63,110 bases of DNA from positions 1 through 63,110 of the forward strand of contig JAFXVI010000010.1 of the NCBI GenBank assembly GCA_017524595.1. Direction: 5' to 3'. The notes under the pieces are model-generated. The model was given only the letters and a program-made list of their open reading frames with translations. It did no database searches and was not told where the DNA came from. The stretch comes from Lachnospiraceae bacterium (GTDB lineage: Bacteria > Bacillota > Clostridia > Lachnospirales > Lachnospiraceae). A program made the position numbers and the translations under genes. Numbering within the stretch: position 1 is the stretch's first letter; each line of letters begins with the position of its first letter. This document shows, in pieces, positions 17,529 to 27,182 of the stretch.

Positions 17529-20180
17529 TCACTGTGCAGGCGTCAGGGCACCTCCTAATGCAGGCAAAACCGGCTGTGCAGTCTCGCCTGTTCCCTGCGT
17601 TTGCGGTGTAACTGCCGTTTCGCTTGTGGTTCCATCGGGATTCAGTAAAGCTGCGGCATTGACCGGATTAGTGGCATCAAACAAAGGCACTCCGTTCAGA
17701 TAACTGTGTATACACCACGGTGTCGAAGCATTCATATTGCCATCCGGTGATACCACAATGACTCCCGGCGTTGCGAAAGGACATGTGTCTGCTGCCCTTA
17801 GACCTGTCAGTGAACATACGCTTCCAAGTACATGACAGTCGCATGATTCCTTTGGAAGCTTGGACTCGTCAAAGTACTCGGTTACTGCGCTGCCGTCCGC
17901 GGAACACAGCCCAGCTACTGCAAGCTTTCCCGATTTGCGGCAGATAGTGGCTGTTACAACCCCTTCAGGTTTAATAAAATCCCTGTACTCAAGATTTTCA
18001 TGGAGTCTTCCCATGATAGACTTCCACAAAAGCTTGGCGGTATTCGTCTCCACGCCGGACATATGAACGTTATTATCATATCCCGACCATGTTGCGCAGG
18101 TATAATACGGCGTAAATCCTGCAAACCATACGTCCACATTACTCGACGTTGTACCCGTCTTACCTGCGATCGCCATATTGCCGAAATTAACCTTGGCACC
18201 CGTACCCTGTGTAACAACATCTTCCATTGCTGAAGTAAGCAGCCATGCCGTCGTATCTTTCAGAACCCGGCGACTCTTAGGTGTATTATCTATAAGCACA
18301 TTGCCGTCATGATCTATTATCTTGGTATAGAATGACGGTCTATTATATACTCCAGCATCAGCGATCGTTGCGAACGCAGCCGTGAGTTCAAGGTTCGTAA
18401 CGCCATCTGTAACACCACCAAGAGCCAGTGCCTGAGTGATATCCGAGGATACGCTCCCATCCCATTCGGTACGGCGGCTTACCAGTGTTGAAAAACCGAA
18501 ATTCAATAGATAATCATATCCAAGCTGCGGCGTGATATCTGTCAGCGTCTTTACCGCAACTATATTCAAGGATTGTTCGATACCTTTACGCACCGTACAT
18601 ACACCCCTATAGCCCTTATACCAGTTCTTGACCGGACGTCCGTTCGCGTAGCTGTAAGGCTCATCAACCTGTGTGGAAGCAAGGGTAAATCCTGCACTGT
18701 CAAGTGCGGGTGCATATGCAGCCAGAACCTTGAAACATGAACCCGGCTGTCTCTTGGTATCAGTCGCACGGTTTAGTGTAAGGCTGGCCGCCTTGGTCCC
18801 TCGCCCTCCGACTATTGCCTTGACCTCTCCGGTGTGCTGATCCATTATGGTTACCGACGCCTGCGGCTGAGGAGTCAAAGAAATATTCTCCGCTATAAAC
18901 TTATATCCGGGTTCAGTCTTGGCTGTCTTAAACTCTTCCAGCGCTTCTTCCGCCGCTTCCTGTGAACTGAATATACTGTTAAAGCTCCTGTTCTGCTGTT
19001 TAAAATACGCTTCAAACTGCTGGGTGGAATAATTGACTCTCTCCCCGTTCGGATCCTCTAACGTCAGTTCATAAGCAAGATACCACTTGACATTTTCAGG
19101 AAAATTATCCGGATTTAAGAATTCCTCATCACAGATCTTCTGTATCGCCGGATCCTGTGTGGTAAATATGCTGAGGCCCCCACTGTACAGAGCATTATAT
19201 GCCTGAGTATATGAATAGCCTTTTATCTCCTGCAGATCTGTGATCACCTGCTCGGTCAGTTCGTCTACAAAATATGAATATATCGACTCTTTCTCTACTG
19301 TCTCATCAACTACCTTTATCCTTGAATACACATCATCAGCCAGAGCAAGATCATACTCTGCCGGAGTTATGTAACCCTGGTCTCGCATCTTGCGCAGTAC
19401 TTCCTCGCGCCTTATCGCATTGTTTTCAGGATGCGATATCGGGTTCCATTTGGTAGGATTCTGAGTGATCGCCGCTATTACCGCTGATTCGGATATAGTA
19501 AGTTCTGAAGCCGGCTTCCCGAAATATCTGTTGGAAGCCGCCTGAACTCCAAGCGTACCCTGCCCCAGGTTGATGGTATTAAGGTAATTCTCGAGGATAG
19601 TATCCTTATCCATTGTCTTCTCGAGCTGAACCGCGCAATACTGCTCCTGGAATTTACGACGAAACTTCTCAATCTTGCTTGACTCCGAAGTCCATGTGGT
19701 AAACACATTATTCTTAAGCAGCTGCTGGGTGATCGTGGAAGCACCCTGTGACAGATCACCGGAAGTAAGCGCTTTCACGCCGGCACGCATGATACCCTTG
19801 ATATCAATACCGTTATGTGTTCTGAAACGTTCATCCTCGATAGCGATAAAAGCATCCTGCAGATGCTCGGGAATCTTATCTATCGTCACATATATCCTGT
19901 TCGAATTCTCGGCAATGAGCTTGGTTATCTGATTGCCCTTGGCATCATATACCGTCGTCGAAAATCCCGCGGGCGAAACGTCTATATTTGAAACATCAGG
20001 CGCAGTATCTATAACACCCATATACAGACCGACACCTGCACACAATCCTGCTGCTGCAGCGCAAGCGGCAGCAAGCACCGCTGCCTTGAAAACAAGCGTT
20101 GCAAAGAAATTGCCAAATTTCGGTATGGGCGAACGAAGCGCCCTGCGCCTCTTTCTTACGCCAACACGTCCGTAATCCAC
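17529..20180 (-). CDS. Class A penicillin-binding protein (glycosyltransferase + transpeptidase), PBP1A type
   Basis: 883 aa. N-terminal TM. GT51 motifs (IAIEDERFRTHNGID, GASTITQQL) and a transpeptidase SxxK (PGSCFK). Confidence 0.9.
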   Translation of the reverse strand: MDYGRVGVRKRRRALRSPIPKFGNFFATLVFKAAVLAAACAAAAGLCAGVGLYMGVIDTAPDVSNIDVSPAGFSTTVYDAKGNQITKLIAENSNRIYVTIDKIPEHLQDAFIAIEDERFRTHNGIDIKGIMRAGVKALTSGDLSQGASTITQQLLKNNVFTTWTSESSKIEKFRRKFQEQYCAVQLEKTMDKDTILENYLNTINLGQGTLGVQAASNRYFGKPASELTISESAVIAAITQNPTKWNPISHPENNAIRREEVLRKMRDQGYITPAEYDLALADDVYSRIKVVDETVEKESIYSYFVDELTEQVITDLQEIKGYSYTQAYNALYSGGLSIFTTQDPAIQKICDEEFLNPDNFPENVKWYLAYELTLEDPNGERVNYSTQQFEAYFKQQNRSFNSIFSSQEAAEEALEEFKTAKTEPGYKFIAENISLTPQPQASVTIMDQHTGEVKAIVGGRGTKAASLTLNRATDTKRQPGSCFKVLAAYAPALDSAGFTLASTQVDEPYSYANGRPVKNWYKGYRGVCTVRKGIEQSLNIVAVKTLTDITPQLGYDYLLNFGFSTLVSRRTEWDGSVSSDITQALALGGVTDGVTNLELTAAFATIADAGVYNRPSFYTKIIDHDGNVLIDNTPKSRRVLKDTTAWLLTSAMEDVVTQGTGAKVNFGNMAIAGKTGTTSSNVDVWFAGFTPYYTCATWSGYDNNVHMSGVETNTAKLLWKSIMGRLHENLEYRDFIKPEGVVTATICRKSGKLAVAGLCSADGSAVTEYFDESKLPKESCDCHVLGSVCSLTGLRAADTCPFATPGVIVVSPDGNMNASTPWCIHSYLNGVPLFDATNPVNAAALLNPDGTTSETAVTPQTQGTGETAQPVLPALGGALTPAQ

Positions 20181-20299
20181 GAAATCTCCTCCAAAAAACC
20201 ATGCTATCTAAGATACAAAATCAATATATTATAACAAAAATTTCGTGCAAAGAAAACCCCTTTAAGTATTCTAAATGATCGATCCAAATGATTGCTTTA

Positions 20300-20328
20300 T
20301 TGAACTTTATTTCCTTATAAGATATACT
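20300..20328 (+). promoter_or_regulatory. sigma-A-type promoter of the CotH gene
   Basis: TTGAAC (20300-20305), 17 nt spacer, TATACT (20323-20328). Confidence 0.45.
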
Positions 20329-20370
20329 ATGATATTGTCGGATAAAAAAACCACTTAACAGGAATACACA

Positions 20371-22077
20371 ATGGCTAAAATCAATCTTCGCCAGTGTAAT
20401 TGTAGAATTGTCAGGCTGTTCACTGGTATCGCTGTTCTATTATTGTTCTTTATTATAGCTGTAACCACAAACATCTCATTTGACAGGGGTTTACATGCTT
20501 CAGCAGATTCCGGTTTCTATGATGACTCTTTTTATCTGAAACTAAGCGCTCCTGATGATACAAAGATATATTATACACTCAATTCTAGAATTCCGGATGA
20601 AAACTCATATTTGTATACAGAACCATTACTTATTTCCGATGCCAGTAAAAATGAAAACATCTACAGTATGATAACCGATGTATCATTTGATTTCCGAAAA
20701 GAGTTATTATTACAGGAAGGCGCAGGTGACGATTACGGATATAAAACTCCTGAAAATCCCATCGATAAAGCAACCGTTGTAAGAGCGGTAGCTATAGATG
20801 GATCAGGAAACAGAAGTAATGTGATCACCAAAGTATACTGGGTCGGTTACTCTCAAAAAGAGGCCTATAACAATTATAATATAATATCAGTTGTTACCGA
20901 TCCCGATAATCTCTTCAGTTATGAAACAGGAATATATGTAATCGGTCACACATTTGATGACAATTATGAAAACGGGAAACCTGTTACTCCACTTAGTTCT
21001 TTCTTTGGTGAATGGCCAGCCAACTACCATATGCGAGGAATCGAATCCGAAAGGGAAGCACATGTAACTCTTTTGGGCAAAAACCGCGATCTTATACTGG
21101 ATGGTTCATACGGAATCCGGATACAGGGTAAAAACTCAAGAGGAGCTGCAAATAAAAGTCTGAATATTTTCGCGCGGAAAAAATACGGATCGAGTAGCAT
21201 TAACGGCACAAAGATTTTTCCGGATGGTTACGCCATGAAAAGCATAAATCTGAATTGTGGCGGAAATGCGATAAGGAACAAATTACCGGATTTTCTTATC
21301 AGTTCCCTTGCCGGCAATCTTGACGTTTCTACTTTATCATACCAGCCCTGTTTGTTATTTCTTGACGGAGAGTTTTGGGGATTATACTGGCTTACATCCA
21401 GATATGATTCAAAATATTTCGAAAACATCTATGGAGCATATGATGACGATATAATAGAAATAAAAACAGGCGCTGTTGAGATCGGCCAACCTGAAGATAT
21501 CAATGTATATAATGAAATGGTCGATTGGATAAGCAGTCATGATATGAGTATACCCGAAAATTATAATGAAGCATGTGATCAGATAGATATAGAAAGCTGT
21601 ATCGATTATTATGCGACCGAAATATATATAGCAAACGATGATTGGCCTCATAATAATACGGCTCTATGGAGAACAAAGAACATTTCTCATGGAAAATTCT
21701 CAGACGGAAAGTGGAGATGGATTTTTTTTGATGTAAACATGGCAATGTTTTATATTTATTCCAGAAGTGACTGGATAGAATATACGATGGAGAAGGATGC
21801 TATGTTTGCCAGTCTGATGCGCAACGACGGTTTTAAACAAAAACTCGAGGGCAGACTGGTTTATCTTGCAGAGAATAATTTTAACCCAAGTGTAATCGAC
21901 CCGTTTATCGATGAATATAAAACAATGATGACTGATGGTATGGCACTTGAATTCGAGCGTTTTTACGGCGACAATCATACAATAGACGATTTTTATGAAG
22001 AATGTGATCTCATCAAAACTTTTTTTGATCAGCGATATCAATATATTATAGAAACATATGGAGAAAACAATCCATAG
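20371..22077 (+). CDS. CotH kinase-family protein with N-terminal TM and a chitobiase/hexosaminidase-C-like Ig domain
   Basis: 568 aa. FYLKLSAPDDTKIYYTLNSRIPD (Ig-like domain), then a CotH-like core (LNCGGNAIRNKL..., LFLDGEFWGLYWL, IANDDWPHNNTALWR). Confidence 0.75.
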   Translation: MAKINLRQCNCRIVRLFTGIAVLLLFFIIAVTTNISFDRGLHASADSGFYDDSFYLKLSAPDDTKIYYTLNSRIPDENSYLYTEPLLISDASKNENIYSMITDVSFDFRKELLLQEGAGDDYGYKTPENPIDKATVVRAVAIDGSGNRSNVITKVYWVGYSQKEAYNNYNIISVVTDPDNLFSYETGIYVIGHTFDDNYENGKPVTPLSSFFGEWPANYHMRGIESEREAHVTLLGKNRDLILDGSYGIRIQGKNSRGAANKSLNIFARKKYGSSSINGTKIFPDGYAMKSINLNCGGNAIRNKLPDFLISSLAGNLDVSTLSYQPCLLFLDGEFWGLYWLTSRYDSKYFENIYGAYDDDIIEIKTGAVEIGQPEDINVYNEMVDWISSHDMSIPENYNEACDQIDIESCIDYYATEIYIANDDWPHNNTALWRTKNISHGKFSDGKWRWIFFDVNMAMFYIYSRSDWIEYTMEKDAMFASLMRNDGFKQKLEGRLVYLAENNFNPSVIDPFIDEYKTMMTDGMALEFERFYGDNHTIDDFYEECDLIKTFFDQRYQYIIETYGENNP

Positions 22078-22124
22078 AGAATACATCCGTAAACCGTATT
22101 TATTCTAACCGGGATAAAGATGAT

Positions 22125-22155
22125 AATGAGGGGGTTCCAGACGATCCCCCTCATT
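22125..22155. terminator. Bidirectional terminator between the convergent CotH and htpG genes
   Basis: AATGAGGGGG-11 nt-CCCCCTCATT, with T-rich flanks on both strands. Confidence 0.6.
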
Positions 22156-22177
22156 CTTGTTGTCATTTACACTGTCA

Positions 22178-24310
22178 TCATTTCATTAGTGTTTCAAGTA
22201 TCCGGTTGCTCCTGTCAACAAACTTGCTCATTTCTTCCGGCGCAAGCGGTTGGTTGGCGATCTTGGCAAGATCGTAGAGCTGCTCTACTATCATCGGTGT
22301 ATTGTCGCCATCTTTATTGTCAAGCACATACTTAACAAGCTTGTTACCGGCATTCAGGATAAGCGTCTCGCCCATATCTCCCATAGGTCCCATGCCCATT
22401 CCGTTCATGGAATACATCTTCATCATATCCTGCATACGACGGGTCTCCTCGGATACAGTAAGGATCGATGATGTAGCTTCATTCTTGAGCTTCTCAACCC
22501 GGACTTCAAGCGACTCTTTGTTAAGCACCTTCTTAAACAGCTCAGACAGCTCCTTCTGCTGCTCCTCTATCGCCTTTTTGTCCTCCTCACTTACCTCTTC
22601 CTTAAATTCATCGGTAAGATCGGCATCTATGCGCATGAACTTAACGTCTTCATTCTTGCTCTCAAGCTGGGTTACGAAAGGCTGGTCGATATTGTGTGTA
22701 AGGATGACAGCATCTTTGCCCTGTTCCTTGAACATCTTGATATACTGGCTTTGCTGCTGCTCGTCGGTAACATAGTAGATTGTTTTACGAGGGGGCTTCT
22801 CCCCGTCTTCCTCACCGTCAACGCTTTCGGCTGCAGCATCTTCTTTCTTATCGTCAACCACCTGTGCCTCAACCTTATTTCCGTCTTCATCTACGGCTTC
22901 TGAAACTTCTCCCTCTTCTTTATCAATCTTCTCCACCTCAAGGCATTCGGGCAGAGTCACATACTTGCCGTCAAGATTCTTAAAGAGAATATAGTCCGTC
23001 ATCTTCTCGCAGAACTTATCATCCTTAAGACATCCAAACTTGATGAACGGACTGATATCGTCCCAATACTTCTCATATTCTTCCTTCTCAGTCTTGCACA
23101 TTCCGGACAGCTTATCAGCAACTTTCTTGCTGATATAGTCGGATATCTTCTTGACAAAGCCGTCATTCTGAAGAGCCGAGCGCGATACATTAAGAGGAAG
23201 GTCCGGACAGTCGATCACGCCCTTAAGAAGCATCAGGAATTCCGGTATGACTTCTTTGATATTGTCAGCTATAAACACCTGATTATTGTAGAGCTTGATC
23301 GTTCCTTCTATCGATTCATACTCCATATTGATCTTCGGAAAATACAGGATACCCTTAAGATTGAACGGATAGTCCATGTTAAGATGTATCCAGAACAGGG
23401 GCTCCTTGTAATCCATGAATACCTTGCGATAGAAGTCAAGATACTCCTCCTTCGTGCAGTCGTTGGGATGCTTGCCCCATAAGGGATGCGTATCATTGAG
23501 AGGAACCGGGCGCTTAACTATCTTAAGCTTCTCCTTAGCAGGACTTATCTCCACCTTCTCTTTGGTGCCGTCCTCATTTTCTTTCTCCTCGTACTTGGCC
23601 TCTTCATGTATCTCCTCTATTACTACATCCTTATCCGTCTTATCTGCCGCATCTATGGTCTCATACTGCGTCTCGGCGCCCTCTTTCTCAAGAAAAATGG
23701 GTACCGGCATGAACGAACAGTATTTCTTGATTATCTCACGAGCCCTGTATTCGTTGCAGAACTCAAGACTGTCTTCATTAAGGAACAGAGTTATCTCAGT
23801 ACCGATCTCAGTACGGTCTCCCTCGTCGATAGTATATTCGGTGCCACCGTCACTCTCCCAGTGCACTGCCTTGGCACCTTCCTTATAGGACAATGTATCT
23901 ATATGAACCGAATCTGCAACCATGAAAGCCGAATAGAATCCCAGACCGAAATGTCCGATTATCTGATCATCATTAGCCTTATCCTTATATTTCTCAATAA
24001 AATCAGCCGCACCCGAAAAAGCTATCTGCGTTATATACTCCTCAACCTCATCCGCATCCATACCTATACCGGTATCGATAAATTTCATCGTCTTCTTCTC
24101 CGGGTCTACGATGACCTTGATCTTGTTCTCAAAATCATCAGGATACGCGTACTCGCCTATCATATCGAGCTTCTTGAGCTTTGTGATAGCGTCACAGCCG
24201 TTTGATATCATCTCGCGTACGAAGATATCATGATCCGAATACACCCATTTCTTTATAATGGTAAAAATATTCTCGTTATTGATTGATAGGTTACCTTTTT
24301 TTACTGCCAT
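22178..24310 (-). CDS. htpG: Molecular chaperone HtpG (Hsp90)
   Basis: 710 aa. IFTIIKKWVYSDHDIFVREMISNGCDA, IGHFGLGFYSAFMVAD and the rest are typical. Two acidic insertions account for the extra length. Confidence 0.95.
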   Translation of the reverse strand: MAVKKGNLSINNENIFTIIKKWVYSDHDIFVREMISNGCDAITKLKKLDMIGEYAYPDDFENKIKVIVDPEKKTMKFIDTGIGMDADEVEEYITQIAFSGAADFIEKYKDKANDDQIIGHFGLGFYSAFMVADSVHIDTLSYKEGAKAVHWESDGGTEYTIDEGDRTEIGTEITLFLNEDSLEFCNEYRAREIIKKYCSFMPVPIFLEKEGAETQYETIDAADKTDKDVVIEEIHEEAKYEEKENEDGTKEKVEISPAKEKLKIVKRPVPLNDTHPLWGKHPNDCTKEEYLDFYRKVFMDYKEPLFWIHLNMDYPFNLKGILYFPKINMEYESIEGTIKLYNNQVFIADNIKEVIPEFLMLLKGVIDCPDLPLNVSRSALQNDGFVKKISDYISKKVADKLSGMCKTEKEEYEKYWDDISPFIKFGCLKDDKFCEKMTDYILFKNLDGKYVTLPECLEVEKIDKEEGEVSEAVDEDGNKVEAQVVDDKKEDAAAESVDGEEDGEKPPRKTIYYVTDEQQQSQYIKMFKEQGKDAVILTHNIDQPFVTQLESKNEDVKFMRIDADLTDEFKEEVSEEDKKAIEEQQKELSELFKKVLNKESLEVRVEKLKNEATSSILTVSEETRRMQDMMKMYSMNGMGMGPMGDMGETLILNAGNKLVKYVLDNKDGDNTPMIVEQLYDLAKIANQPLAPEEMSKFVDRSNRILETLMK

Positions 24311-24465
24311 GTTTATCCCTTCCTTCTTTTTTATCTGATCATTTATATATATCCTTCAATATATATCCTTCACTAAACTCAAAGACATGCCTCTCCATGT
24401 AACCTTAAGTATTCTGAAGGACTGACTTGTTTCGAAGCAAAGAAGCTTCTTTATCATCAAACAAT

Positions 24466-24494
24466 ATTGTACGTGCCGTAAGTATAAAAGTCAA
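24466..24494 (-). promoter_or_regulatory. sigma-A-type promoter of htpG
   Basis: Minus strand: TTGACT (24494-24489), 17 nt spacer, TACAAT (24471-24466). This leaves a ~150-nt leader. Confidence 0.5.
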
Positions 24495-24501
24495 GAAAAA
24501 A

Positions 24502-24528
24502 TTAGCACTCACTTTAAATGAGTGCTAG
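24502..24528 (-). promoter_or_regulatory. CIRCE operator (HrcA binding site) upstream of htpG
   Basis: TTAGCACTC-actttaaat-GAGTGCTAG, against the consensus TTAGCACTC-N9-GAGTGCTAA (17/18). It lies 7 nt upstream of the -35. Confidence 0.8.
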
Positions 24529-24554
24529 CAACGTGCGTCTGAAACATGATCTTT

Positions 24555-25655
24555 TCATTCCGATTTGACTTTGGTTCCATAGGATGCACCTGTAACAGGC
24601 ACAAAATATGTATCATATACATCAAAGAAACTCGTGGTAGTTATCGCATTAGACTTCACATAACCTACTGAATCCCAAAGGTCCGCATTCAGGTTCGAGT
24701 TAAGTCCCTGGATATATCCGTCGTAAATATTATTGAACGCTTCCTGCTTCTTTACCTTGATTATCGCTTCACGGTTCTTATCTGCCTCTTCAGGATCATA
24801 GGCAGTCACACATTTAAGTATATGATAGCCATACTCGGTCTCCACGATATCGCTTATCTCGCCAACTGTCAGATTGAATGCTGCCTCTTCATAGGATGCC
24901 GGCATTACCCCTCTTCCGAAACTGTACTGGATCTGACTGTCTTCATTTTCAACACTTTCAGCAATAACATCAAAATCAACGCCTTCATCTATCTTCTGCT
25001 TCAGAGCCTCTATGCGTTCATACGCCTCCGCCTTCTCGGCAGCATTATACGATACCGTTCCAACGGCCGAAGGCTTGTAGGTCTTGACAAGGATATCCCT
25101 TACCGTCACTATCCTCGCTTCATCGTCACTTATCTGCGGATTAACCTCATCCGTTATCTCATGATACAGCCTGTCCGCTGTCGCGAATTCATAGTAAACC
25201 TTATATATTATTTCCTCATCAACACCCATCATCTGCTTTTCCGTTTCATTAAGGGATGCATAATAATCCCGTGCAGCCGCCTTCACACGAAGGATATCAT
25301 CTTCATTCAGCTGAAAGTCCTGATCCTGCGCCATTAAATTCATTACCTTTATCTGAGCAAGGCGGGCAAGTATTGTATCCTTGTATTTATCTTCAAGCGT
25401 CATCCCGTCTATCGGTATCTGCCAGACCTGTGATCCGAATATCTCATCATACTGATTCTCACTGTTCACAAGATATACCATGACCTCAGGAACGTAGCAT
25501 GATATCTTTTCGATCCTAAAGACTTCTCCCTCTTCAAAATCAGTTGTTAAGACTATTTCGGTCTTCCTGCTTTTTTTGCAGCCGATGATCATACACGCTG
25601 TTATGATCATCATGATAAATATGAAAATGGGTTTACATAACTTGTAATGTGCCAT
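24555..25655 (-). CDS. PrsA/SurA-like peptidyl-prolyl isomerase lipoprotein
   Basis: 366 aa. Signal peptide with lipobox (MIIGC). C-terminal parvulin motif (GVMPASYEEAAFNLTVGEISDIVETEYGYHILK). Confidence 0.8.
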   Translation of the reverse strand: MAHYKLCKPIFIFIMMIITACMIIGCKKSRKTEIVLTTDFEEGEVFRIEKISCYVPEVMVYLVNSENQYDEIFGSQVWQIPIDGMTLEDKYKDTILARLAQIKVMNLMAQDQDFQLNEDDILRVKAAARDYYASLNETEKQMMGVDEEIIYKVYYEFATADRLYHEITDEVNPQISDDEARIVTVRDILVKTYKPSAVGTVSYNAAEKAEAYERIEALKQKIDEGVDFDVIAESVENEDSQIQYSFGRGVMPASYEEAAFNLTVGEISDIVETEYGYHILKCVTAYDPEEADKNREAIIKVKKQEAFNNIYDGYIQGLNSNLNADLWDSVGYVKSNAITTTSFFDVYDTYFVPVTGASYGTKVKSE

Positions 25656-25841
25656 TTATATTCCGCTTTTCTCCTGTTTAATAACAATAATTGTATCACG
25701 AAGGCTGCAGGGGTGCAATTAAGTGAATTTCATAATTTTCGCCATATTTCCTGTTGCCCCTTTTCAATATCATTTTTTTGAAGTAAAATATCGTATATGG
25801 TTAGTTAAGCTAATAGCATATTGGTTCGAAAGGGGTATGAA

Positions 25842-26228
25842 ATGGCAAAGAAATTCGGCAAGTTTTTAGCATTTACTGCATTGACCGGCGCTGCATGCGC
25901 AGCTGTATATTATGTCCTTGGTAACAGGAAGGATGATTTCTATGATGATGTCGACGGCGGATCCAGCGACTTTTTTGAAAAAAAGGCCGACCGCGAATAT
26001 GTATCTTTAAATACCGAAGAAATCAAAGAAAAAGCCGGGGAACTCAAAGAGAAAGCGGAAGATACCAAAGAAGTCATCATGAACAAGCTTAATGAGGCTG
26101 CAGAAGAGCTTAAAGAAAAGGCGAAAGAAGCGGCCGAAGGCGTAGGACTTGTAAAGGATAACGATAAGGAGACCGAGGATTTTGAATTCGAGGACTTCAC
26201 TACTGAAGAAGACGGAGAGGATGCTTAA
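25842..26228 (+). CDS. Small membrane-anchored, Glu/Lys-rich protein (YtxH-like), function unknown
   Basis: ATG 25842 follows AAAGGGG. It has an N-terminal TM (FLAFTALTGAACAAVYYVL), then a charged helical region and an acidic tail. Confidence 0.55.
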   Translation: MAKKFGKFLAFTALTGAACAAVYYVLGNRKDDFYDDVDGGSSDFFEKKADREYVSLNTEEIKEKAGELKEKAEDTKEVIMNKLNEAAEELKEKAKEAAEGVGLVKDNDKETEDFEFEDFTTEEDGEDA

Positions 26229-26238
26229 GCATCCTCTC
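26215..26238. terminator. Bidirectional terminator (perfect palindrome)
   Basis: GAGAGGATGC-TTAA-GCATCCTCTC overlaps the stop of the plus-strand gene. The convergent DUF2225 gene ends at 26265. Confidence 0.6.
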
Positions 26239-26264
26239 ATTTCTTATTACTATAAATTCAAATA

Positions 26265-27140
26265 TCAGGCTTCTTCATTCTTTATCCGTCGGAGTTCTTC
26301 CTTTATCTCAATGCAGTTATCCCTGAGTTTTGAATTAAGCCCGCTCCTCACCAACAGTATATTCAGCATCTGGTTTACAAGATCATATTTCTTAAGCTTC
26401 ATGGCAGACACACAGATTATATAATCAAGGGTCACCTCATCCATTCCGCACATCGGAAATGTTTCCGTCTGCCTCGCATTTAAAAATCCCTCGACAGCAT
26501 TGTTTAAAAGTTCCTCTTCATCCTGTTCAAGTTCCTCCATGGTCTGAAGATACTTTGCTTTCTCAACTTCTTCGGTTCCTGCTTCTATGGCCTCCTTCTT
26601 GCTGCGGATGATCCACGCCATCTTAAGACACAGATACGCTTTCTCGCTTGCCCTTGCTTTCTTCACTACAGCATTGCCCAGCGCAAGCTGATATCTTATG
26701 AAAGCTTCATCATAAGTAAATACTTCCTTCTCCGGAAGACGGTGAAAGTTCCTCGATATCCCTTCCCTTACAAGCTTGGCCTGAGGCGGCGTTATATTAT
26801 GGAAAAACCTTCCAAGCGCGGCGTAACCGCAATGCGGACATAATATAACATCATACTTCATGGGATCAAAGTTCTTGAACCTGGGGCGGAGATCCTTATC
26901 CATTCCCGCAGGCCTGATCTTTGACTGACGTACCGTAGGAGCCTTAAAATCCTTATAACAGACAGGACAGGTATGAGTCTTGCCGAAGACATACTCCCTT
27001 TCATCTGTCTGTTCCTTCTTCGGCTCAGGCTGCGCAGCCTCCTTCTTCACCACCGGCGTTTTAGTTTTTTCTTCAAAAATATCCTTCTTTTCAAGATTTC
27101 CCAATCCGAGATCCTTTAACCCCGAAAGAATACTGCTCAT
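26265..27140 (-). CDS. DUF2225-family zinc-ribbon protein
   Basis: 291 aa. CPVCYKDFKAPTVRQSKIR...DLRPRF...YDVILCPHCGYAAL matches the family hallmark, followed by a TPR-like helical part. Confidence 0.75.
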   Translation of the reverse strand: MSSILSGLKDLGLGNLEKKDIFEEKTKTPVVKKEAAQPEPKKEQTDEREYVFGKTHTCPVCYKDFKAPTVRQSKIRPAGMDKDLRPRFKNFDPMKYDVILCPHCGYAALGRFFHNITPPQAKLVREGISRNFHRLPEKEVFTYDEAFIRYQLALGNAVVKKARASEKAYLCLKMAWIIRSKKEAIEAGTEEVEKAKYLQTMEELEQDEEELLNNAVEGFLNARQTETFPMCGMDEVTLDYIICVSAMKLKKYDLVNQMLNILLVRSGLNSKLRDNCIEIKEELRRIKNEEA

Positions 27141-27182
27141 TTTTATTTTCCTCTCCGATATACAAAATATTGCCGTTTCATC

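Noticed and set aside
23486-24205. A 239-aa ORF antisense to htpG, and other long antisense ORFs such as 22302-22775, 24822-25337, 45449-25925-type entries and 46042-46626.
   Set aside because: The opposite strand encodes proteins with unmistakable family signatures (HtpG, PrsA-like, hybrid kinase). The antisense translations are low-complexity (Ser/Leu/Ile-rich) and have no SD or promoter. They are the usual by-product of GAA/AAG-rich codon usage on the real strand.
22178-24310. The unusually long (710 aa) HtpG with acidic insertions, as a possible fusion or novel domain.
   Set aside because: The insertions are low-complexity Glu/Asp/Lys linkers within an otherwise collinear Hsp90. Long HtpG variants of this kind are, as far as I recall, common in anaerobic Firmicutes and Bacteroidetes.
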